Shown here: one piece after another, positions 49,463-62,918 of the stretch | Position numbering within the stretch: position 1 is the stretch's first letter | Layout: every line of letters starts with the position of its first letter | NCBI GenBank assembly: GCA_020891255.1 | Contig: BQFW01000007.1 | Span: forward strand, 744,001-808,000 | Direction of reading: 5' to 3' | Length of the DNA: 64,000 bases | From: Entomortierella parvispora E1425 | Taxonomy: Eukaryota; Fungi; Mortierellomycota | Position numbers and translations under genes: made by a program | Notes under the pieces: generated by a model | The model's input: only the letters and a program-made list of their open reading frames with translations | Database searches by the model: none | Told to the model about the DNA's origin: nothing

Positions 49463-52400
49463 TTACAAGATACCGTTCGAGTAGTACTGGAAGGTATCGT
49501 ACAATCTCGTAAACACATTACAACAACTGCTCATGATCAACTTCTCCACAAACTCCTCCGCCTGCACCTCTGTCAAGTTCAACGCCAATCGGTCCCTAAC
49601 AGCTTGAGCGGCCGCGTTCTCGGCCACGTTCTGGAAGCAGGGGAGCTTGGAGTCCTTGGACATCATGTCAATCAACAACACAATGTTCTCTGTATGTTTC
49701 CGGATCGCCATGAAAGCCTTCTTGAGCAACGCCTTGAACTCCATAAACTTTTCACTGTTTACGCCTCCCAATACATCAATGTATTCCTGGGGCAACTTGA
49801 ACGGTGCCAGCTCAAATCCAACCGAACCAGGAGAGTTGGACAACATGAATCCGAAATCAATGTGGACAATGTGACCTTCAGTGTCCAAGAGAATATTGCC
49901 GTTGTGACGATCGCGGATCTGGAGAACATAGGTGATCACAGAGTAGGCTGCCAGCGATCTCATGAAGTTGTCTTGCGCCTTGATAAACTTTTCACTGGCG
50001 GGATCGCCGAATTTCTATGAAGAAGCACCAATGTCAGCATCTAACACGCTCAATCCACAATTGTGACAACCTGGGGGGGGACTGCTATATCCATTACCTG
50101 TTGGAAATAGTCGTAAAGAGTGAACACGACGCCGACCTCATTCAATCGGCGAGCATAGGCATCCTTTTTGATCGAATGAATCGAAATAGTGTTACGAACA
50201 GTCTCGATCAGTCCAGAGTTGTCGGATGTAACCAAAATACGCATGCTAGGGTAAAAGAAAGGGAAAGGTTGGGAGTCGGTTAGCATCATACGGATGCTGA
50301 TGAACAAAGGACAAAAGAGTTGAGAAGGTCTGCAACCCAAGTCTTACTAAGTAATCCAGACATCAATCTTGGCGCGCTCCCAAATCCAGCCCATCTCACG
50401 AATCAATTGGCAAGCCAGCTGCTCCTGTCGAAGATCTGCTCCTTGCTTGACAATGACCGAAAGCAACTGCCAGGAAGGCAAATGTCCGTAAGGAGATGAT
50501 TCCCTGATACGCTGCATCTTCTCCTCCCATCCTTCAGAAAAGACAGCAGCTATATAAAATAAAGTAAAAAATAAGTCAATAAAACAAACATATTCGGCTC
50601 ATTACTTCTCTTGAATCCCTAGACTCGAAACATACCACTGGGGTCATCTGTGGCGACATTGGCCATGACCTTGCGCTCATCTTCCAACATTTCACTGCCG
50701 GCACCCTCGCCCCCACCTCCTCCAACACCGCTGCTGACACCCTCCACCTTCATTCTCTGCATCCTCTGTTCTTCCAAGGCCATCATTTCCTTGATAATTT
50801 TGGCACGGATATCTTCCACAGAGGTTGCCTTGGCCTTGATTGCAGACCGCGATTGGGCGCTGGAACGAGAATTGTTGTTGGCACCTGGAGCCAGTTGTGC
50901 AGCCTGCTGTTGATTCAACTGGGCCAACATGACAGCAGCCGTTCTCATCTTCTCTGCGAAATCATCCGCGCTGTTGGACGCACGGCGCTTCAACACTGTC
51001 TGGAGGTACGCTTCGTTCGAACGTGACTGGGTCTGAGGCTGACGAGATCCTGTTCCAGATGATGTTGAAGGGGCAGGGCTCTTCAGGCGGCTGGTGGGGT
51101 CCATGGCAATGACAGGACTTGTCGGTACAGGCGATCCAGGTGGTGAAATAGTCAAATCTGCCAAAGATCCTGCTGGTGGATTGGGAACCTCATCGGCTCG
51201 AGACTTCTCTGTCGAGGTGGTAGAAGCGGCATCGTCGACCGTCTCTAATGTGGCCATGCCCTTGATAGTCTCCGCATCATCCTCCACCAAGAGGGTCTCT
51301 ACCTGAATGGAACCATCCTCGTTCATCAACAACTCTGTAGTTTGAACTGCTGACTCGTCTTCCTGATCATCCTCCTCAGGCTCTGCAAGATCTCTTCGTT
51401 GAGCGCGAATCTCTTCTACACTCATGTCAGTCTCCAAAACCTCAACTTGCAACAAATATGGGACCTAGAAGGCAACAACGAAATAACACATTGTTAATTA
51501 CAACTGACAGAGATATGTACCGATCATATAAAATATAAAAGACACCAAAACTCAAAATAAAACTTACGCGATCTGCAGAGTTCAAGACAACGGCATCTTG
51601 CGGTGGTATACGGACAACACGGTGGTGAGACGGGTTCTCCAAGGTAGCATGACACCACAGGGGCACACAAATCTCTGCGGGTAAGTTATGGTTCAACAGC
51701 GTAAGCTCAGCGCGGAGGGCACTCAAGCGAGCAGGTTTGGGCACGATCACCAGTCGGGTCGCAATGTCGACCAACGCCAAAAGGAACTGCATCTCCGAGT
51801 GAAAGTAGGAGCGTCTAGCCAACTCCAAGGATGCCGCAGATGACCGTCCGTCCATTGAATCCCGATCGGAGAACTTTAAGCTGATAGGAGATGATGGTGC
51901 AGTGTCGTTGCTATACCGAGGAGAGGCGAATCGATCGCGCTTCAACTTGAAGGCCTGTCCTCCTCGAAGATCCTCCAAAGAAGGCGAAGTCACCACGTGG
52001 TTTCTCTGAATCGAGTTGACAGTGTTCGTGTTCATTCCAGACAATGTCGCGTGGGGCGAGCCTGGCTCTCCCGATGGAGATCGAGGCGAGGTGGCGCCAT
52101 CCGTCTCCTGTCTCGGCTGTCCCATTGCAGGCGTGGACCGGCCACTCTCCTCAGGGGTCACATGGTTTGTGCCATTATGCTGATGTGGTGTTTGCAAATG
52201 TTGTTGTTGCTGTTGCGATGCTGCCTCTCCAGTAACCTCCTCTGCATTTTCCACGCTTGTGCTATATGCGCGAGGGCGACGGCCCTGAGCCAATGCCAAC
52301 TGTCCAGGAGATTTCGTCATCAAAGGCTGTCCAAATGCAGCCAACATGACGCCCATGCCCACCATAGCCGACAGCGCGTTCTCCTTGACTTTGGGAACTC

Positions 52401-53478
52401 CGTTCTTCCCGAAGATCTCTTCGTACTCTCCTGGTGCTTCTGTCGCAAAGACGATTGCCTGGCATTTGTTGAAGACGCGTTTGCAGAGCTTGAAAGAAGG
52501 CGAGTTGGGGGTTGCTGCCAAATCGGAGGTGTATGCCTGCAGGTACCAGAGGGTCTAAGGTGACAGTGACGAGCAATGAAAAAAATGATGAGTGCGCAGA
52601 TCATCCTGGTATGGCGAGGTGAGGGACAGGTGGTTTACACGCCCATAGTGCAAACATTGCTGTTTTTGATCCATGGTTGTTCCGGTTCCCAAGTATCCAT
52701 CCGCCTTGGCAACATGCCCTCCTATCTGTTTGGGTCGCACAAGAAAACGCCAGAAATTCGGCTCTCGTCTTTCCCAATGCTTTTGTTGTTGTGTCCAAGA
52801 CTGGATTCCACAGCCAGGTGAGGCACGCTAGTTATTTTTTTCCTCTTATTACGCCTTTGGTGGGGGAGTTTCTCCCGTTTATCACGTTGAAAGGGTTGTT
52901 CCCAGCATGTTGATCTGTCATATTAAAGATTGTTGGGGGCGAGCGGCGGTGTCGATTGTCATGATGCTCCTGGCTGCATCTTTGTCGTCGTTAAAAGAAA
53001 AAGACATAAAAGGATCTTACGAGGATGGCCATATGAGATGAGATCTGGCATCGGTCCAGAATGAAGTTTTCCAGAGCCACCGATTCCGAGGGTCTACTGA
53101 TCAGCAGATGGCTAGTGAAATGAGGGACGTTGCGTGTCAGTCTATGTGTCTGCGTGGGTGGGTGTGTGGTTGACAGACGGTCGGGCAGGCAGGCAGACAG
53201 ACAAACAGGCAGGTGGTTCGGCCTGCAAGGTCATCTTCTCTCCCTGATCTTGTCCATCGTCCGTCTAAAGTAAGCGAGTACAAGCATTACCAGAGTTGAG
53301 GCAAGAAGAATTCAATCTCATCAAGAGGGAACTTTTTGAGCTCGTTGCAGAGGTAATGCTGGATCCCGACGGCATCAGGGTATTTGAAGAGGTACGAAAC
53401 CGCGATCCAGGCATTGAAGAATTCAGACTTGAACAGCCGGAGGAGCAGTGAGTTGCCCGAGTTGACCGAGTTCATCAT
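49463..53478 (-). CDS. PIK1: Phosphatidylinositol 4-kinase III beta
   Basis: LLLRLFKSEFF N-terminus, LTLLNHNLPA, DDPSG, IVKQGADLRQEQLA, LQIRDRHNGNILLD, HIDFGF and C-terminal FQYYSNGIL. Confidence 0.96.
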
Positions 53479-53806
53479 CTTGAGGCTGGAAGAGGATGAA
53501 AAGAGGTGGAGGCTGTCAAGTTCAGGGTTCCTGTAGACTCCTTTGAGCGAGACGAGATGTTGTTTCCAGTTGCCGATGCAGCTTTATGGACCCAGAGATT
53601 GAAAAGAGAAGAAGGGAGAGGAGAGGAGGAGGAGGATCCAAAAAGGGAAGATGATTCGCCTTGTTATGGATGAAAGTGATGAAGTGATGGAAGAAGGGGA
53701 GAAGGGGAGAAGGGGAGAAGGGGCCGAACGTGGAGAGACAGGAGAGAGAGACAGAAAGAGAAAGGGTGAGGAAGGGAAGAAAGAGAAAAGGGAAACAACA
53801 GCACAC

Positions 53807-53858
53807 AGTGCAGTGCAGGTGTGCGGTGTGCAGTGTGAAGTGTTGCAGTGTGCAGTGT
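53807..53858 (-). repeat. Degenerate (CACTGCA)n array upstream of PIK1
   Basis: Minus strand reads cactgcacactgcaacacttcacactgcacaccgcacacctgcactgcac. Confidence 0.65.
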
Positions 53859-54373
53859 TGTCAAACAAGACAGGTGTGCGATGCGATGATGATGAACGCA
53901 CACGGCGACTGAGCCGAGATGAAGCCAAACACCCACTCACTGACACGTCGCTCTGTTGTCTCTCATCTCTGTTGTCCTGCTGCCCATTCCTTCCCTCCTT
54001 CCTCTTTTCCTCTCACTATGACTCTCTCACTATCTCTCTCCACACCAAGAGACATAGGCACAGGCACAGGGACAACTACAAGTACATAGCCAAACTGGCC
54101 CTTCCCCTCTTTTTTTGTTCCTTCAGTTCCCAGTCTTTCCACTTCACAGAGCAGATCGATCGATTCAAAGATGAAATGTCATATGCAAAAAACCTTCTCG
54201 CAGCAATAGTTCATATTCAGAAAGTGATTCACGAAGATAGAGGCTGTAACATCCAAAAATGGTCAACTAAGATGATTTATAAAAGTACAGCAGTGGGGGA
54301 ACAGGATAGAGAAGGATATACAAGTTTTTTATGAGGACGAGAAAAAGGACACGAAGGTTCGTCTTCCTTTTCT

Positions 54374-56485
54374 TTAGTTCATCTGGCGGATCAAGTTGTT
54401 GATCTTGGACTCGCGGTCGCCAGAGTCACCACCCTCGATAAAGTGCAAAGCCTTCTTGGCGGAGTAACCACCGGTGGCGTTGGACAACTTGAAGGGCCAC
54501 AAGAAGTTGGAGGCCTGCTTGAAGTTGGGGCCAACGGTGTAGATCTCGTGGATCAAATCCTCAATGCAGACAATGCCGAACTTGCCGAGGGCCTTCTCGA
54601 TGATCGAGTTGTCGGACAAGGGGATGCGCTGCTTGTTGACCTTGCCATATCCGCGCTTGTAAATGAGCTCGCGAACCGACTTCAGGTTGGGCTCACCGTA
54701 GGCGACGTAGGGGTTGATGAGCTGGAGCATCTGGGTGGTGGCCTTGGTCAAGCGGACAAAGACACCGTTGTTGATCTGGAGAAGACGCAACAGCTGCATG
54801 ACCTTGCGAGGCTTGGGGGCAATGTGGTTGATACCCTTGATACGGATAACGAAGGCAAGCTTGGGCTGGGCGGGAACGTAGAAGTTACCGGCGGCCTTGG
54901 CCTGGCGAGCGAGACGGATCTCGTTACGCTCCTTGGCCTGGTACTCGCGAGTGTACTTCTCAGCACGCTTGAAGATGACCTTGCGGTTAGCCTTGCGAGC
55001 CTGTGAGTGAACAGAAACAAAAAGAACCACAAAAGATTAGTTTTCATTGTCTTTTTCACTCTTGCAAATCGTTGTCCGAACAAATAAAGAACAAACACAG
55101 CAGCAGATCGCAATCTCAAAGTCATTGAATCAGTCCCGAAAGATGGTTGACGTATAGCAACATCGCCAGAAGGCTAGCCACGAAATGCGGTATAGCTTTT
55201 CATCATAATGCTCGAGATGCAACGCCCACTGCTTGTTGTTTGGTTCTTTGGAAATGATAGTTCAAGCAAAAAAAATATATACAAATACATACCTTGCGAG
55301 CAGCGACATCGGCAACACGCTTCTCAGCGGTGGCCTTGTCCTGGGCCTTTCTCTTCTTCAAGAGAGTCTCGGGAACGAGAACATGCTCAAGGGTGGGGGT
55401 GGTGCTGGTGAAATGAAGATTCAATCGAAAAGATAAAGGGATAATACAATTAGGAAAAAAAGATAATCTCGTCGGACTGTCACATATTTCACTCGCTTTT
55501 GTTCTTTTGTAGGTCCTTTTGCTCAGCAATACTAGATCCTCAAGCTACACTCCAATGCTGGACAAGGTCATTTGGGATGGTAATGGCAACGAGCAAGAAA
55601 GAGGCATTGAATAAATCACCCTTGAGTACAAGAGACACAAAGACAGAGACGAGAGAGAGAACCTCAATCATCTTCTGCAATGATCACTCAGGTACCTGAG
55701 AGGTGACAACAATAACCCTTCAATTGAAGTTGCCAAAAAACCCTTCCGGCAAGACCAGACAAAGGAGGCATCATGAGGGGGCAAGCAACACTGGCAAAAT
55801 GGCAAGAGAGGCAAGGTATGCGTTTGACATCCGACGAATTGTTTTAATTGGAGTTGGTGCCAATTTCTTTGTTCCTTGGATCTCTTCAGCAATGAACAGA
55901 TCCAAAAGGGAAAAAAAAGAATTAGAATGGATCATCACCGAGATGATCCAATCAAAAGGCCGCCATCACACAACAACGAACCCATACACATTTGTTCCTC
56001 TGGAGAGAAAAAACGGTTTGGAATACGACATCTGTGTCGATCGACTTGGACAATCAGGTGGATCTAGACTGCGAAAGAACTTCACATCTGAGATCCAGAT
56101 TGCTCGGATTGAGGAAAGCATTACACTTCCAGGGCCGATGAAAAAAGTGTCGATGAACAGAGTCACAGAATGCATTTAAAGCCAAGGGAATGCAATGAAG
56201 CAAGTCCCTAAAGCTCAAGACCCCAAGTAGAGGGAAGAAGTGGCTATCACCGAGATAGGGCTTCTCTTCCCTCGTCATAACCTTGAGAAACAGCAGTTCA
56301 CCGAGGGTTTAAAATAAGCCCGGAGGACAGGGGCCTCACACCGAGCAAGGCATGCCACCGACGACTCTTTAATCTCGTATCTTCCTGTTATCCACAGCGT
56401 CTTATTGGATCAAACAGACATTATATCTTTGAAAAGGTGGTGCTGGAGGGGGGAGGGGACAGCACACGCAAACTTACGTAGTCAT
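54374..56485 (-). CDS. RPL7: 60S ribosomal protein uL30 (L7)
   Basis: Exon 1 ATGACTAC (56485-56478) followed by GTAAGT. Exon 2 55404-55293 ([10 protein letters not shown]). Exon 3 from about 55001 to 54374 ([38 protein letters not shown]). Confidence 0.95.
55126..55210 (-). ncRNA. Intronic box C/D snoRNA, snR39/snR39B family, predicted to guide 2'-O-methylation of the LSU rRNA G equivalent to yeast Gm805
   Basis: Box C ATGATGA (55206-55200), box D CTGA (55133-55130) and a CATT/AATG terminal stem. Guide ACCATCTTTCGGG upstream of box D is the 13-nt complement of the conserved LSU sequence CCCGAAAGAUGGU. Confidence 0.9.
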
Positions 56486-56537
56486 CGCAAAAAGAGGGAG
56501 GGGGGTGAAGAGAGAGAGGGAAAGAGAAGGAGCAAAT

Positions 56538-56548
56538 AAAAATTTTCA
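56538..56548 (-). promoter_or_regulatory. RRPE-like element upstream of RPL7
   Basis: TGAAAATTTTT matches the yeast RRPE consensus, about 55-65 nt upstream of the ATG. Confidence 0.35.
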
Positions 56549-57017
56549 TGTTGCTCTTTATGGGCGGAGAGCAGAAGTTCGGCGCTTCAATTGCAGCCCA
56601 TGCGATTATATTTGTTCCACGACACGGAACCGACCCTGGGTCTCGAGCGTCAACCGGTCGGCCAAAAAAAATTACGCGACGCGTTGCGCCATATCAATCA
56701 TCTTGAGAGGGAACCCTTGATGGCCATCTACCTTCATGTCCTATCTTCTGGTGAACAACGACTGTTGTGGACCGTTCCAGAGTTATCAATATGGGGATGT
56801 TGCATTGAATTCCCATGTGGCGCCTGTGGCTCTTGGCGCCATCCGCGTCGATGAAATCTATCGATCCTATACTTGTCCGATCCTGGAAACAATCAGAACA
56901 AAAAGGTGAGCAGTGGTCGCGCAGAGACTGCGACAGGCGAAACTACGACAGGCGAGAAAGTGAGTGCAACTGATATCTTACGAGCAAGTTTATTCGGAAC
57001 AAAACAGGGTCTTCTTT

Positions 57018-58760
57018 TCACCACCAGTCAAAAGCTTTGATCGCGGCTCGCGCGGTAGCATCATCCCCCATTTTTTCTTTGAGGAGATCAGTACCAATTG
57101 GAACATAATGATCCCTCGACTTCCAAAAGCTGTCTCTGGACTTTTTGCCGTATTCTGGCCAGTTTTCCTTCATCCACGTCTGTTCTGCTTCGCCCATATG
57201 GAGACTCATTTTCTCAAGGGTCAACCTTCGTAGACACTTGAGATTCTTCAGCTCATCCAACCCGTCTTGGAGAGACATGGTCAAACATTGGTATTGAGAC
57301 CCCAGCTCATAATTATGAGGCGAGTAATGTGCGCCCTCCAGTCTCTTTTCAATCCGACGAGCCTCACCCGTTTTGCTTCTGTACTCAATCACATCCTTTC
57401 CTAAGGTAACATCTCGAAGCTTCGTGAGGCGTCCAAGCTGAGCTAAAACCCCGCGCTGAATCCTACTGCTCTCTAGCATGGAAGAACGGCAACCTGCATT
57501 GTATTCTCCAGTAAGAGGCCGACCGTTGCCTTTTGAGGTGATGTCTGGCCTGGGGACTCCACTTATATAGCACTTGAAAGTCTCCAACCCAAGACAGGCC
57601 CAATCCTCGGTAGATTCTACAATATCCGTGGCCAACAACGAAAGAGGCTCCAATTCCCCATGGAGGTAGCTTGGGGTGGTATCAAATCGCCTGAGATTTG
57701 GTGCAGAGCACAGCAGCTTTTGGATCGACTTGCTGTCAAATGCCAAGCAGTTGGTCAGTCGAATGTTTTCTAGAGTTGCGCTGTGGCGCAAGATCGCAGC
57801 CATGGAGAGAGGTCCTACTTTGCCAGACATGGACCTAAAGCCCAGAGTCTTCCAGCCCCTAGAAGATACCTTGGAGATGAGCTCAAACAACTCCCTGTCG
57901 CTCCATGTCGCACGGTATGCGTTCAGACTCAACTCTTCCAGTTTCGGAGAACGCTCTAAGAGGGCCACCACGAGCTTCATACTCATAGGGACACCTAATA
58001 TCGAGAGCACCGCTAGGTTTTCGAAGCAGCCCCTCTTATCCAATTCCAGGAAGAGCTCCAACGCCTCGTTTTCCTCTTCTTGCTCTGTTGACGACGTGAC
58101 ATGGCCATGAAATCTCCTATCTGTCACCATTTCTAGTCTTTTCAGACTAGGCGGGAAATTTGCCAGCAGGCGTGCTTGATCTTGCGGATGTAGTGTGCGA
58201 AGAGTCCCTTGGTTTGCAATTGCTGTAACGAACGTAAAGGTAGAAAGTCGAGACGATCGTCCAAGGATCTGAAGGATGGGCTCCATGTCTAAGAGGCCCG
58301 GGAATCCATAAGTACGCCTACGAGATGTTGTTCGACCTGGATCGTCCTCAAAGTCGATGCTGAGTTGCTCAAGTGGAATTGGTTCGAGTGGCAATTGACC
58401 ATGTTCCCAGAAGAGGTTCAGAAAATTCGTGTACTGAACTTTAATGACACGAATTCGATGCAGATTTTGGAGAAAAGGGGACCTTGTTGCCACTGTGTCT
58501 TCACTGCCACTCTTGTCGTTGTGAGATTCAAGGTGTTGACCATAGAGTGCATTGATGCGGTCAAAAACAGGTCGCTCAACGCTGTGGCGACTGACGTCCC
58601 TCAATTTGACCGTATGCCAGAGACTGTCCATGAAGGCCTGATGCCAGGCCTTGTTGACCCGCACGCACACGGAGAGGTCGTGGCTGGATAGAAGAGGAGG
58701 GATCTGGCATATGATCTCAGAAGGGAGCTCGAGTAAAGACAGAACTCGTGTGTTAAGCAT
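57018..58760 (-). CDS. Intronless F-box/LRR protein (paralog of 21969-23609)
   Basis: LLELPSEIICQI..VCVRVNKAWHQAFMDSLW. C-terminal half is nearly collinear with the paralog (CYISGVPRPDIT, SQYQCLTMSLQDGLDEL). Confidence 0.85.
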   Translation of the reverse strand: MLNTRVLSLLELPSEIICQIPPLLSSHDLSVCVRVNKAWHQAFMDSLWHTVKLRDVSRHSVERPVFDRINALYGQHLESHNDKSGSEDTVATRSPFLQNLHRIRVIKVQYTNFLNLFWEHGQLPLEPIPLEQLSIDFEDDPGRTTSRRRTYGFPGLLDMEPILQILGRSSRLSTFTFVTAIANQGTLRTLHPQDQARLLANFPPSLKRLEMVTDRRFHGHVTSSTEQEEENEALELFLELDKRGCFENLAVLSILGVPMSMKLVVALLERSPKLEELSLNAYRATWSDRELFELISKVSSRGWKTLGFRSMSGKVGPLSMAAILRHSATLENIRLTNCLAFDSKSIQKLLCSAPNLRRFDTTPSYLHGELEPLSLLATDIVESTEDWACLGLETFKCYISGVPRPDITSKGNGRPLTGEYNAGCRSSMLESSRIQRGVLAQLGRLTKLRDVTLGKDVIEYRSKTGEARRIEKRLEGAHYSPHNYELGSQYQCLTMSLQDGLDELKNLKCLRRLTLEKMSLHMGEAEQTWMKENWPEYGKKSRDSFWKSRDHYVPIGTDLLKEKMGDDATARAAIKAFDWW

Positions 58761-59916
58761 TGGACAGTATATCGTGTTGAGAGTTGATTCAATGTTGATG
58801 GCAGAGATGAAGAAAAAAAGGAAACAAGGGGCGATGGAGATGGAATGGCAAAGCGACATGACATGGATGGAGTCACAGCGCCCAGAAAAACCGCAGCATG
58901 GCAGTGCCGCCAAAATCGTTATCTTCAAAGCCCTAAATGACAACACGTCTTTCACCTTACTGTTTTTCAACATTTTCCAATGCCCCTCTGCACGAGCGTT
59001 TATATATGGCATTGTCCGCGTCCCGCGGTTTATAACGTCGACAAAGACTTGGAGTGTGAACATCACTGAAAATGCTGCCAACAGAGTCGAAGATACCGAA
59101 TCAGGCGCGCGCCATTGAACCTAACAGAGACGGAGGAGGAAAAGCAGTATTGAACGAGATCCCAAGGTCACAGAGTCAAAAACGCGACCCTGGGCACGGG
59201 AGTCGCCGAGCGCGTCGTCAGAAGCTTTCGGCCATCCATATAGCCTTTAAAAGTCAAAAAGATTAGAAGAGATTGCGTGGTTCCGTCGACAGCAATGAAG
59301 ATCCATCTGCCATTGTTCATTCTTCCTATGGCGTCAAGGGACAAACCAATTGGGCAGGGAAGAAGGCAAGATCGAAGAATTCGGTTTGGTGGCGATCTTG
59401 AGATTCGCCCAAGCCATCGTGGTCGACCATTTCCATGCCACTATTTTCCTTTCTTCTTCCACGTCTTAGCCTCTCTGCAACCCACCCACCACACTTGTCA
59501 ATCATAATCACTCTAGTCATTCATCGCGCCTCACGTTCGCGACTGGCTCTTCTGATCATGCATTTTCTCACCTCCTCCTACACTCCTCGCACATGACACT
59601 ACTTTATGTCCACCTATTGACATTATTGATCTTGCTTGAGCAAGAATGACAACGGGGTTACATATCCTCGCCAGGATTGCACAACCAAATCAATGACCAG
59701 GACAGTTCAAGATCACATTGCTGTAATGTCGCCATACGAATGACGGCGACAGTCAGATTTGCAGCGAGTGGCTGATGAGTACATCGTAATTGGTGATAAA
59801 AGGCGACTTTGGCGGTGCTGGTAGTCTGAATAGTCGGCAAGGTCATCCTACGGCCTTTGATATTTACCACAAGATACTGTTGCTTGTCCCCATAGCAACG
59901 TCAGTACTATCAAGAC

Positions 59917-60023
59917 GCCGGGATAAAGGTATTGTCAAACAATGGCCAACAAAGACAAATGCCGGGATAAAGGACAAATGCCGGGATAAAGGATTTGTCA
60001 AACAATGGCCAACAAAGACAAAT
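59917..60023. repeat. Composite direct repeat: 44 bp + 19 bp internally deleted unit + 44 bp
   Basis: gccgggataaagg...aaagacaaat at 59917-59960 and 59980-60023. The middle unit gccgggataaagg+acaaat is at 59961-59979. Confidence 0.9.
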
Positions 60024-61298
60024 GTCGTCAAGAAACTTGTTGTAACCAAGCCAGACTTTTGTTTGTAGATCATGAGCAGGAAGGCTTCGACAAGTTATGG
60101 CGAGAGCTTTGCCGCAAGTAGGGACTAAGGAGCAAAACTCACAGTACGAAGGCAGCAGGACCTGGACAGTGGAAGGCGACCTGCCTTGACCACGGGGCAT
60201 CGAGATCCTTCATGAGCTGTCCTTCATGAGATGTGCCTGGTCGTGCAAGGGCTATAGAGGCCGTTCAAATTGGATTGACCTACCAGGAAAGAGCTTCTTG
60301 AGCGGGACATACAGGCTGTTGAATTCAACGGCAATGTCACAACATCAGATCGAGTATCGTTCGATTACATCTGTCCGCCTATTGGAATCGTTAAGGTAAT
60401 GACTACTCTTTGAAAATGTAACATCGCTACAGAAGGACAATACTGGATTCCGCGTGATGACACTCTGGAGTAGAGCATTCTGCGTTCATGGCTTGGATTT
60501 TGCCACTCCACTTTCCTTTTTCTGCTACGTGCGAGTAACCGTCCTTAGGGGCTTTCGCCACCGTGTCCTTATCCCCGCTCCCTGATAACGCCCTCGAATG
60601 ATGTGTTGGAAAAGAAGTCTCTCCTAGGAGGCAAGACGTGATAGTGCATCGAGCATGGATTTCACCTGTTGAGGTTCCTCTTTCTCTTGTCGAGCAAATT
60701 TGATCGATGGTGGAGAGGAGGAAATGGTGTCAACTGCTTTGATGTGCCTGTCGTCTTGTTTGTGTTGGATTTCCACTCTCTCACTGTTGGGGGCAATTTC
60801 GGGGCCGAGTGGGGATCATGGCGATAGGGCACGGCTGAAACGTCTCCTTTGTTCTGGATGCATGCATGATTCAATGGCAAAAGGGGAATCTGGTGAATGC
60901 AACGACCTTGCCATACTTCTTTATGAAGGCGTGCTTGCAATGAAGTTTTTAAACTTGATCTTATCTGATGGACCATCCTCTTTGTGTGGGCGACTCTTGC
61001 AACCTTTTCCTTGGAGGATACAACCCAACTTGGCATCTTAACTAAGCCGATTTTGTCTCTCTTCAAAACATTTTCTGCATAGAAGAGATTCAACTTGAGA
61101 ATGCCTGCGAGGCAAGGACTACAAAAAATAGGAAAGGAACAGGTGCATTCAATTCTGCCTTGAGGGGACCCCTGATGACCATATGGATCTCCAATACACA
61201 ATCTTTGAACTATTAAAACGCGTCCATGAAATGTCTGTGAATTGCAATTTTTATTACTTGTACGATATCATTCACCCCCATGCTCCAACGCCTCCTAT

Positions 61299-62918
<1,620 letters not shown>

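Noticed and set aside
54443-55006. 187-aa antisense ORF opposite RPL7
   Set aside because: Codon-bias shadow of a highly expressed gene.
55713-56025. Telomerase-template-like (TAACCCT), snR30-like (TATTCC/AAACC) and U2-like (CGGCCTTTTG) short matches in RPL7 intron 1
   Set aside because: All are too short or wrongly spaced; consistent with chance.
55703-56179. 158-aa plus-strand ORF inside RPL7 intron 1
   Set aside because: No recognisable domain or codon bias. It overlaps the hairpin-rich region, which is better explained as RNA structure.
56195-56340. RNase MRP-like motifs on the plus strand (GCAAGTCCC, GAGAA, AGGGGCCTCA)
   Set aside because: CR-IV and CR-V consensus are not met, P4 pairing is imperfect, and it would be antisense to the host gene.
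56631-56640. CGACCCTGGG shared with 59185-59194
   Set aside because: A single 10-mer pair upstream of functionally unrelated genes; could be chance.
60010-60060. FLDDICL resembling a reverse-transcriptase YxDD motif
   Set aside because: No other RT motifs nearby and the surrounding frames are closed.
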